This document shows, one piece after another, positions 50,985 through 58,554 of a DNA stretch of 58,554 bases. Under the pieces are notes generated by a model. The model was given only the letters and a program-made list of their open reading frames with translations. It was not told the DNA's origin and made no database searches. How positions within the stretch are numbered: position 1 is the stretch's first letter; each line of letters opens with the position of its first letter. The position numbers were made by a program, and so were the translations under genes. The stretch is taken from positions 31,700 to 90,253 of the forward strand of contig PBKO01000015.1 of assembly GCA_002721465.1 (NCBI GenBank). The letters run 5' to 3'. Source of the stretch: Gammaproteobacteria bacterium (GTDB taxonomy: Bacteria; Pseudomonadota; Gammaproteobacteria; Magnimaribacterales; D2472).

Positions 50985-52556
50985 ATGTTTTTAAAAAGTG
51001 ATGATTTTTTAGATCTCACATCAACAAATCAAGAAAATTTAGATGTAATCCTGAGTGCTGACGAATTTAATTTGAAAGGAATCCGCACACAATCCTATAA
51101 GACAAGAATCATTGAAGAATTTAACAATTCTTTTGATAACTTCTTATTATTTGTTTCAAGAAAATATAATTTAGAAAAAGATTTGAGACTTCAAAATTTT
51201 ATGAAGCCTTGGTGGCTCCAGGCAGTTTTATTAAAATTAGACAGAGAAGACTTTTGTCATGCATTGTTACAAAAGGGTGTTAAAAACTTTATTTGTGAAA
51301 AAAAAATTGACCTTCAGCCATTTTTAAATCATACAGATATTAAAGATAAGATTGGCAATGATAAACATTTCAATGATTTTTTGATTGCATTAATTCTAAA
51401 AAAACATGGAATAAAATTTTCATGCAGCAATTCTTCAAAAAATTACGGTTTTATAAAAACTGTATTTAAAAAAACTTTCATAGAAAGGCTTAAATCTATA
51501 CTGCAGAATTTAATGCTCAAATATGTATCAATTTGTTCAAAAATATTTGGTAAAAACTTTGAAATAGTAACTGATACTTCAAATTATTCTAGAAAAGAAA
51601 TCATTTTTGGAACAATAAAATGCAAATTACTTCCTTTAATTGATTTAAACGATATTTTCTCATCAGACACTCATGAAATAACAGAGTTTAACTTTGATGA
51701 AATAAATTTTGATGAGTTTCTCTATAATATGTTTGTATCAAATAATCTTATAAAAAATTTCAATAAGTACAAGATTAATAATACAAACGTTTCATTAGCA
51801 AAATCTTACAAGGGCTTTATCAATAATTTGAATACGAGATCTTTCATTACTGCACGTTTAAAAGACATGAATAAAGTTAAATTATATCCTCATGGAGGCC
51901 TGACAAATGCAATCTGGACAGAAGAAAAATTATCAACTGAGTTGTCAGGAGCAAAATTTCAAAACATTAGAATAAATAAAGATGAAAAAAAGTATTTCGT
52001 AAATACTAATAGTCAAAATGTAAAATTTGACATACTTGTAACATTATTTGGCCATACAAAATATGTTTCTAGGTTTAGATCTGGAATGACTCACCATGAG
52101 TATATTACTGAATATATTAAAGGCATGGAGCATTTTTTGACTAATCTTAATAAGGATAAATATAAAGTAAAACTAAGGTTTCCATCAGACAATAGATTTA
52201 ATAAGAAAATAATTGATAAATACAGTAGCTTAGGTTTCGAATTTGATACAAATAAAAGTATCAATAAATCTTTATCAGAAACAAGAATTCATATCCCTAC
52301 CTACAATGCTACTTTGCCTCTATATTCAATTATTAACAATATTCCCTCAATATTCTTTTGGAATGACAATCATTTTCCTTTACCAAGTATATTTGAGAAC
52401 ATTCTTACAGAATTAAAAAGTAAAAATTTATTATTTAATCATTCCAAAGAATTGGTTAATTATTTAAATGAAGTTACAGCTAGTGAAATAAAAGAAAATT
52501 GGAATACTAATAATGATCTCATAAAAGGCTTTGGGTCTTTAATTGTCAATAATTAA
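50985..52556 (+). CDS. hypothetical protein (orphan; possible novel sugar transferase)
   Basis: 523-aa uninterrupted ORF in a very AT-rich stretch, with no TM segment and no motif of a known GT fold that I can see. It lies between the wzz-like gene and a cytidylyltransferase gene. Confidence 0.5.
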   Translation: MFLKSDDFLDLTSTNQENLDVILSADEFNLKGIRTQSYKTRIIEEFNNSFDNFLLFVSRKYNLEKDLRLQNFMKPWWLQAVLLKLDREDFCHALLQKGVKNFICEKKIDLQPFLNHTDIKDKIGNDKHFNDFLIALILKKHGIKFSCSNSSKNYGFIKTVFKKTFIERLKSILQNLMLKYVSICSKIFGKNFEIVTDTSNYSRKEIIFGTIKCKLLPLIDLNDIFSSDTHEITEFNFDEINFDEFLYNMFVSNNLIKNFNKYKINNTNVSLAKSYKGFINNLNTRSFITARLKDMNKVKLYPHGGLTNAIWTEEKLSTELSGAKFQNIRINKDEKKYFVNTNSQNVKFDILVTLFGHTKYVSRFRSGMTHHEYITEYIKGMEHFLTNLNKDKYKVKLRFPSDNRFNKKIIDKYSSLGFEFDTNKSINKSLSETRIHIPTYNATLPLYSIINNIPSIFFWNDNHFPLPSIFENILTELKSKNLLFNHSKELVNYLNEVTASEIKENWNTNNDLIKGFGSLIVNN

Positions 52557-52611
52557 ACAATATCCATTTTAAAGATGAAATGCTAAAATCATTAGTATAT
52601 AGGGCTCCAGA

Positions 52612-53331
52612 ATGATATCTAATAAAAATGTTTTAGCAATAACTCTTGCAAGAGGAGGGTCAAAATCTATATACAAAAAAAATATTGCTTTACTTAAAAA
52701 TAAACCATTAATAAGTTACACAATAAATGCTGCTTTAGATTCTAAATATATCGATGAATATATTATTTCGACTGATGATAAAGAAATTGCAGATGTTGCA
52801 GAAAATCTCGGCGCTACTATTCCTTTTCTGAGACCAGAAAATCTATCAAGTGATACGGCTTCAAGTGCAGATGCTCTTATTCATGCTGTAAATGCATACG
52901 AAGAAATAACAAAGAAAAAATATGATTACATTATTGAGTTAATGTGCACAAATCCGTTTAAATCTGGTGAGATGATTGATGATATTATTTCTAAGCTTGA
53001 TAGAAATGAAAAAGCAGATGCAGTAATTACTGTTGAGAGACTATTAGATCATCATCCAGCAAGAATAAAAAAAATAGAAAATGGATATATAAGAGACTTC
53101 TGTGTTGAGGAAGAGCTCGAATCAAGAAGACAAGATTTAAAACCAGAAGCATATATCAGAAATGGGAACATATATGCTTTGAGGAGAGATTTATTGATGA
53201 TTCAAAAAGCTCGATATGGAACAAATTTTTGTATTCCTTATTACAAAGAAGATATACCTTCAGCAAATATTGATGAACCTTCAGATTTTTATAAAGCTGA
53301 ATCCCTTTTGAATGATTGGGATCAAAAATGA
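52612..53331 (+). CDS. acylneuraminate (CMP-nonulosonate/ulosonate) cytidylyltransferase family protein
   Basis: AITLARGGSKSIYKKNI, the LRPENLSSDTASS pattern and RRQDL..Y.RNG of the CTP_transf_3 (NeuA/KdsB-like) family are present. Confidence 0.84.
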   Translation: MISNKNVLAITLARGGSKSIYKKNIALLKNKPLISYTINAALDSKYIDEYIISTDDKEIADVAENLGATIPFLRPENLSSDTASSADALIHAVNAYEEITKKKYDYIIELMCTNPFKSGEMIDDIISKLDRNEKADAVITVERLLDHHPARIKKIENGYIRDFCVEEELESRRQDLKPEAYIRNGNIYALRRDLLMIQKARYGTNFCIPYYKEDIPSANIDEPSDFYKAESLLNDWDQK

Positions 53332-54293
53332 AGAAAAATATTTTACTCATAACACCTATAAAGCATATTCCTAGAGTTTTTGATTTGCTTGAAAAAAGTT
53401 TTAATGTTTATTACTTTCCTGATTTTAAATATAAAGATTTAGTTAAACTCAAAAATGTTAATTTCTATGCAATTTATACTAACCCAAATAAGTCAAGAGT
53501 AAGAATTGATAAGAAAATTATTGATGCATTGCTCGATCTAAAATATGTTGTAACAGCTTCAACAGGAACCAATCACATTGAAAAGAAATTACTAAAACAA
53601 AAAAAAATTAAATTAATTTCACTTACTAGAGATCTAAAAACAATTAAGAGAATAAGCTCTACTGCAGAACTTGCATTCGCTCTTACACTTAATGCTATAA
53701 GAAATATTGATGAAGCATCTAGATCGGTCAGAAATGGAGGGTGGGATTATTTACCCTTCGTGGGAAGGCAGATGAATAAATTAAATATTTTAATTGTTGG
53801 ATTTGGAAGGCTTGGCAAGATGTACTATAAGTATGCAAAATCATTTGGATCAACAATAAAAGTTTGTGACCCTTATGTTCAAACAAATACAAATAATAGT
53901 AATGTTTGCTTTGTTGATTTGATTGAAGGAGTTAAAGATGCAGATATAATTTCTTTACATATCCATCATACCAAGGAAACAGAAAAAATAATTAACAAAA
54001 AAATTCTAAAACGCTGTAAGGATAATGTGACTATTATCAATACTTCAAGAGGTGAGATTGTAGATGAGGATGATGTTGTTGATTTTTTAAGATCCAATAA
54101 GTCTTCCAAGTATTACACTGATGTGATCTCTGACGAAATTAGATCAAAATCTAAAAATATTCTTTTAAAAGAAAATACTAAAAATACAAATATATTTATT
54201 ACGCCTCATATTGGAGGCATGACATTGGATGCTCAACAAATCGCCTTTGAAAGAGTTGCAACTAAATTAATTAATACTTTGAAAAATGAATAA
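53328..54293 (+). CDS. D-isomer-specific 2-hydroxyacid dehydrogenase family protein
   Basis: The IVGFGRLGK NAD-binding motif, NTSRGEIVDE and TPHIGG catalytic His motif are present. ATG 53328 forms an ATGA overlap with the preceding stop. Confidence 0.8.
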   Translation: MKKNILLITPIKHIPRVFDLLEKSFNVYYFPDFKYKDLVKLKNVNFYAIYTNPNKSRVRIDKKIIDALLDLKYVVTASTGTNHIEKKLLKQKKIKLISLTRDLKTIKRISSTAELAFALTLNAIRNIDEASRSVRNGGWDYLPFVGRQMNKLNILIVGFGRLGKMYYKYAKSFGSTIKVCDPYVQTNTNNSNVCFVDLIEGVKDADIISLHIHHTKETEKIINKKILKRCKDNVTIINTSRGEIVDEDDVVDFLRSNKSSKYYTDVISDEIRSKSKNILLKENTKNTNIFITPHIGGMTLDAQQIAFERVATKLINTLKNE

Positions 54294-55326
54294 AAAAATA
54301 ATTGTTACTGGTGGAGCTGGATTTATAGGAGCCAATCTTACAAACATGGCTTTGTCAAAGGGTTACAAAGTGCTTGTTATGGACAAGTTAACATATGCTG
54401 GAAACAGAAAATCTTTAAATCTTAAAGATAAAAATTTAATTTTTAAAAAAATTGATATCTGTAATAAAGCTTTAGTTTATAAAACAATAAAGGATTTTAA
54501 ACCAAACTTTATATATCATCTTGCGGCCGAGTCACATGTTGATAGATCAATCGATTCACCTGACTTGTTTATAAAAACAAATGTATTAGGCACTTTTAAT
54601 ATTATTGAATGCATTAGAGAACTTTCAAGAAATAAATCTTTCAAGAAAATTTTTCAAAGACTAGTGCATGTTTCAACTGACGAAGTTTATGGTACCGCAA
54701 CTTTAAAAAAACCTTTCACAATTAATACGCCCTATAATCCATCATCACCTTATTCGTCTTCAAAGGCATCGAGTGATCACTTAGTAAAAGCTTGGTGTAA
54801 AACTTATGACCTGCCTTTTGTCGTAACGAATTGTTCTAATAATTATGGGCCATATCAATTTCCAGAGAAATTGATTCCACATATCATACTTAGAACTATT
54901 AAAAGAAAAAAATTACCAATCTATGGAGATGGACTGCAAAAGAGAGACTGGATTCATGTAACCAATCATGTTGAAGGGCTCTTAAAAGCTGGTGAAAGAG
55001 GTATAAATGGAGCTACTTATTTATTTGGTACTGCTAAAGCAACAACAAACCTTAGTTTAGTAAAAATTATTTGCAGTGAAATTGATAAAAAAACAAATAA
55101 AAATAACTCTTTTCAACTAGTCAGTCATGTTAAAGATAGACCCGCCCATGATAGACTTTACTTAATTGATCCATCCAAAAGTATAAAAGATTTAAATTGG
55201 AAACCAGATTTGAAACTTAAAGAAAACATTTCTCAAACAATCGATTGGTATTTAGATAATACAGATTGGTTGAAGTCAATCACAAAGTCATCAAGTTATA
55301 ATTTATCAAGGTTAGGCAATAAATAA
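54286..55326 (+). CDS. rfbB: dTDP-glucose 4,6-dehydratase
   Basis: IIVTGGAGFIGAN, HLAAESHVDRSI, STDEVYG and YSSSKASSDHL are present. Confidence 0.93.
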   Translation: MNKKIIVTGGAGFIGANLTNMALSKGYKVLVMDKLTYAGNRKSLNLKDKNLIFKKIDICNKALVYKTIKDFKPNFIYHLAAESHVDRSIDSPDLFIKTNVLGTFNIIECIRELSRNKSFKKIFQRLVHVSTDEVYGTATLKKPFTINTPYNPSSPYSSSKASSDHLVKAWCKTYDLPFVVTNCSNNYGPYQFPEKLIPHIILRTIKRKKLPIYGDGLQKRDWIHVTNHVEGLLKAGERGINGATYLFGTAKATTNLSLVKIICSEIDKKTNKNNSFQLVSHVKDRPAHDRLYLIDPSKSIKDLNWKPDLKLKENISQTIDWYLDNTDWLKSITKSSSYNLSRLGNK

Positions 55327-56207
55327 TGAATGTTAAAGGGATTCTTTTGGCAGGTGGTCATGGGACTAGACTCTGGCCAATGACCAAGCTGGTAAGCAAA
55401 CAAATGCTTAACATATATGACAAGCCAATGATTTATTATCCTTTGTCTTCATTGATTTTGGCAGGAATCAGAGATATTTGCATAGTAAGTCAAAATGAAA
55501 ATATCCAAATATATAAAAATTTTTTTGGAGATGGCAATCAACTGGGATTAAACATATCTTATCAAGCACAAAACGACCCTAAAGGTATTCCAGATGCAAT
55601 CAATATAAATAAAAATTTTATTGGAAAATCTTCAGTAGTTTTAGCGCTTGGTGATAATATATTTTATGGACGCGATTTTGAAGAACAGTTGAAAGATGGA
55701 ATTAAATCTCTTAATGAGAAAATAGCAAGCGTCCTTATTCACAAAGTGAGTAATCCTTCTGATTTTGGAGTTGCAAAAATTTCAGATAATAAAATAGTTG
55801 AGTTAATTGAGAAACCTAAAAAATTTGTATCAAATCATGCTGTCACCGGACTTTATTTCTTACCAAATGATTGTATTAATTTTACGATAGATCTCAAACC
55901 CTCAGATCGTGGAGAACTTGAGATAACCGACTTACTAAATTTTTATCTTAAAGAGAGTAGATTACGTCATATTTTTACTGGCCGAGGTACTTTTTGGACT
56001 GATTCTGGTAGCGTAGGTTCGCTCAATGATGCTTCAAATTTTGTAAGAGCTATTCAAAATTCACAAGGTCTTGTGATATGTGCACCTGAAGAGATTGCTT
56101 TATATAAAAATTTCATATCTAAAGGACAATTTAAAAAATTAATCGAGAATTACAGTTCTGAATATGCTGAAAAATTAAAAAATACGATTGATTACAATGA
56201 AAGTTAA
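55326..56207 (+). CDS. rfbA: glucose-1-phosphate thymidylyltransferase
   Basis: KGILLAGGHGTRLWPMT, KQMLNIYDKPMIYYPLS, LGDNIFYG and EITD motifs are present. Confidence 0.93.
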   Translation: MNVKGILLAGGHGTRLWPMTKLVSKQMLNIYDKPMIYYPLSSLILAGIRDICIVSQNENIQIYKNFFGDGNQLGLNISYQAQNDPKGIPDAININKNFIGKSSVVLALGDNIFYGRDFEEQLKDGIKSLNEKIASVLIHKVSNPSDFGVAKISDNKIVELIEKPKKFVSNHAVTGLYFLPNDCINFTIDLKPSDRGELEITDLLNFYLKESRLRHIFTGRGTFWTDSGSVGSLNDASNFVRAIQNSQGLVICAPEEIALYKNFISKGQFKKLIENYSSEYAEKLKNTIDYNES

Positions 56208-56254
56208 ATTGAAAAGATTCAACAAGATAAGACGAAATTTTTAAATAAAACTTT

Positions 56255-57286
56255 ATGAAAATTGTTCATATTATAAATAATCTTGAAATTGGTGGTGGCG
56301 CGCAAGCCTTGGTTAAGGATATTATCAAATATGGAAAATATGATCACAAAGTAATAACTTTAGAGAAGCCCTCATTACATTTTGCAGAAATAGAACAGTT
56401 AAGTTTATTAAGAAATCCAATTAAATCAATAAACCATATATTTAATTCAGACCTCATACACTTTCATCTATTCCCAAGTTTATATTTAGCACCAATTTTC
56501 TTTCTTAAAAAAAAGATTTTTACAGAGCACAATACATTTAATAGAAGAAGAAAATATAAAATCTTCAAATATATTGATTCCTTTTTTTATTCATTTTTTA
56601 TAAAAATTTTTTGCATTAGCGATGGGACAAAAAAAACACTTAGTGACTGGCTAATTGGAAAGTACTTCACTTCAAAATTTGAGGTTATTTATAATGGAGT
56701 TGATTTCTCTGCTTTTAAAAAAAATGATAACAGATTCAGTAATTCAAGAAAAAAATATCATAATAATGAGAATATAGTTATCGGAATGGTTGGATCATTC
56801 ACAGATCAAAAAAATCAAAAATTTTTATTAGAAGTACTAGCTGATTTACCTATTAACTACTCTCTTAGATTTGCCGGAAGTGGTAAAACTTTTGAATCTA
56901 TTCAAAATTACTCCAATCAGATTTGTTTAAAAGACAGAGTTCAATTTTGTGGGTTAATTAGTGATATACCTTCATTTTATGATGACTTAGATATATATGT
57001 TCATGCAGCACATTGGGAGGGGTTTGGACTAACAATTATTGAGGCAATAGCGTCAGGACTACCTGTTCTTGCAAGCAATGTTAGCGGTTTAAAAGAAATT
57101 ATTGAACCAAGTTACCTATTTAATAATGATGATAAGAGCAATTTAGTAAAGCTTATTGAAAATATCTTTATTGATAAAAAACTAATTGACTTGGAGAACT
57201 TGTATAAAAATTCCAAAGAAGCATTTGATATAACTATAATGGTAAAAAAATATGAATCTCAGTATAAGCTTATAAAAAATGGTTGA
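56255..57286 (+). CDS. glycosyltransferase family 4 (GT-B, retaining)
   Basis: An N-terminal IINNLEIGGGAQ segment and the C-terminal EGFGLTIIEAIASGLPVLASNVSGLKEII (E-x7-E) motif are present. Confidence 0.86.
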   Translation: MKIVHIINNLEIGGGAQALVKDIIKYGKYDHKVITLEKPSLHFAEIEQLSLLRNPIKSINHIFNSDLIHFHLFPSLYLAPIFFLKKKIFTEHNTFNRRRKYKIFKYIDSFFYSFFIKIFCISDGTKKTLSDWLIGKYFTSKFEVIYNGVDFSAFKKNDNRFSNSRKKYHNNENIVIGMVGSFTDQKNQKFLLEVLADLPINYSLRFAGSGKTFESIQNYSNQICLKDRVQFCGLISDIPSFYDDLDIYVHAAHWEGFGLTIIEAIASGLPVLASNVSGLKEIIEPSYLFNNDDKSNLVKLIENIFIDKKLIDLENLYKNSKEAFDITIMVKKYESQYKLIKNG

Positions 57287-58511
57287 ACAAAGTATAAAGA
57301 AAGATATTTGGATTAGCACCATTGGTGGATATTTTGTTGCTGCCTTAAATTTTATGATTAATTTAATCCTAATAAGATTTCTATCAGCAGAACTTTACGG
57401 ATTATTTTCATTCATTGTAAATCAGTTTAGAAGAGTTTTAAGGTTACTAGATTTTTCATTTGTTGAATTAATTTTAATTTCAGAGAAAAGAAATCTTAAG
57501 CCATCTGAATTAATAGAATCTTTTGTATTTCATTCAATTATAAGAATTTTGATTGTTTTCATTGGCGGACTAATCACGGCTTGGTTTACCGATAATTTAA
57601 AACTGCTTTCTGTAATATCATTTTTATTAGTTTATTCAAATGTTAGATACTTTTATGTCTTTGGAATAACACATTTTTACGAAGTATATTTTAATACAAA
57701 GTATGCACAATTTTTTTACAGTATAAGTGCTGTAATTTTTCTCTTTTTTGTATTCTTTTTACCATTTTTTTTTGAAGCTAGTTTATTTAACTTTGCACTA
57801 TCTTTATTTATAGCATCTATTATTGTAGTTTTAATAATCTCTGTAAAAATCTTTCGAAAAGCTGGCTATAAAAATACTAAACTTTCATCAAATGTATTTA
57901 ATGCTTTAAAAAGTCATTCTATATTTCTTCAAATACCTGTGTTAGCAGGATTAATCATAAAATTCATTCAGGATACTTTAATAATTTTTCAACAGTCCTC
58001 AGAAGTTTATGCGCTTTACAGTGTAGCTATCTTAATTGGCTCAGTTGCTGTAGTAGGAGCAAGAGGTGCAATAAGACCTCTTGCGCCATATGTTTGGTCA
58101 AAAGAAAAGAACTCAATAAGACCCTATATTTATATTGGTATATTTATGTATGCAATTGGAATATTTAGTTCATTATTTGGCAATTTTTTTGAGAGAATTT
58201 TTTTACTTCTTAATGATGAATATATCGGCGTAAGTATTTATTTTAGCTTGGGTATAATTTTGGCAGTTTCTTTAGCTTACTCTCAGTTATTTACAACTTT
58301 TATAAAAGGCGTTGGATTAATAAAACATTTTTCATTAGTATCCACATTTATGGTCTTTATAAGTTTGATTTTAACGTTACTTGCATATTACTTTTTTGAT
58401 AAAGAATATTTTGCAATAAATTTACTTATAATTGATATTTTTGTAACTATCTCTTCAATCTTGTTACTTTTATGTGTTTATAAATTTAAAATAAGGATCA
58501 TTAATGAATAA
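57279..58511 (+). CDS. oligosaccharide-unit flippase (Wzx-like, MOP superfamily)
   Basis: 410 aa with about 12 hydrophobic segments. The N-terminal pattern ..ALNFMINLILIRFLSAELYGLFSF resembles the Polysacc_synt family. A Wzy polymerase cannot be fully excluded. Confidence 0.62.
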   Translation: MVEQSIKKDIWISTIGGYFVAALNFMINLILIRFLSAELYGLFSFIVNQFRRVLRLLDFSFVELILISEKRNLKPSELIESFVFHSIIRILIVFIGGLITAWFTDNLKLLSVISFLLVYSNVRYFYVFGITHFYEVYFNTKYAQFFYSISAVIFLFFVFFLPFFFEASLFNFALSLFIASIIVVLIISVKIFRKAGYKNTKLSSNVFNALKSHSIFLQIPVLAGLIIKFIQDTLIIFQQSSEVYALYSVAILIGSVAVVGARGAIRPLAPYVWSKEKNSIRPYIYIGIFMYAIGIFSSLFGNFFERIFLLLNDEYIGVSIYFSLGIILAVSLAYSQLFTTFIKGVGLIKHFSLVSTFMVFISLILTLLAYYFFDKEYFAINLLIIDIFVTISSILLLLCVYKFKIRIINE

Positions 58512-58554
58512 GAAATATTCAATAAATAAACTATGCTAAATATTTATAAGTACC

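Noticed and set aside
58533-58554. Possible start of a further gene (ATG 58533, MLNIYKY..)
   Set aside because: Only 7 codons are visible, which is too short to support a call.

Overview
This is a strongly AT-rich (judged by eye, not computed), very gene-dense chromosomal segment. Gene content and order look like a streamlined gammaproteobacterium. Several core syntenies known from E. coli and Pseudomonas are present: xseB-ispA-dxs, glyA-nrdR-ribD-ribBA-ribH-nusB, miaA..hflKC-purA, ubiG-HAD phosphatase-SDR, scpAB-rluB, pntAA-AB-B, gyrA-serC-pheA-tyrA-aroA-cmk-rpsA-ihfB and uvrC-pgsA-tRNA.

I support about 61 complete CDS, one 3' CDS fragment and two tRNAs (Cys-GCA, Leu-UAA). I saw no rRNA, CRISPR array, IS element, integrase or convincing intrinsic terminator. 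Intergenic spacers are mostly under 60 bp, many genes overlap by 1-35 nt, and even convergent genes overlap.

The left ~47.6 kb is housekeeping. From ~47.7 kb to the window end there is a surface-polysaccharide (O-antigen/capsule-type) locus. It begins inside the conserved cysT-leuZ tRNA operon.

The most interesting observations are:
1. A lambda O/P-like replication gene pair (23740-25078) sits 3 nt after aroG-type DAHP synthase, with no other phage genes nearby. It is a candidate domesticated helicase-loader module of the dopC/dopE type.
2. The two tRNAs lie 2-10 nt from polysaccharide genes.
3. An orphan 523-aa protein sits beside a CMP-sugar synthetase plus 2-hydroxyacid dehydrogenase pair.
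4. The miaA P-loop can only be translated from a non-canonical start overlapping the glnB stop.
5. hfq and hflX are absent between miaA and hflK.
6. Several core proteins look reduced: a RibBX-type dead GTP cyclohydrolase II domain, a five-domain S1, and a short GlpD-like protein.

All functional calls rest on motif and synteny recognition by eye. No database search was run.
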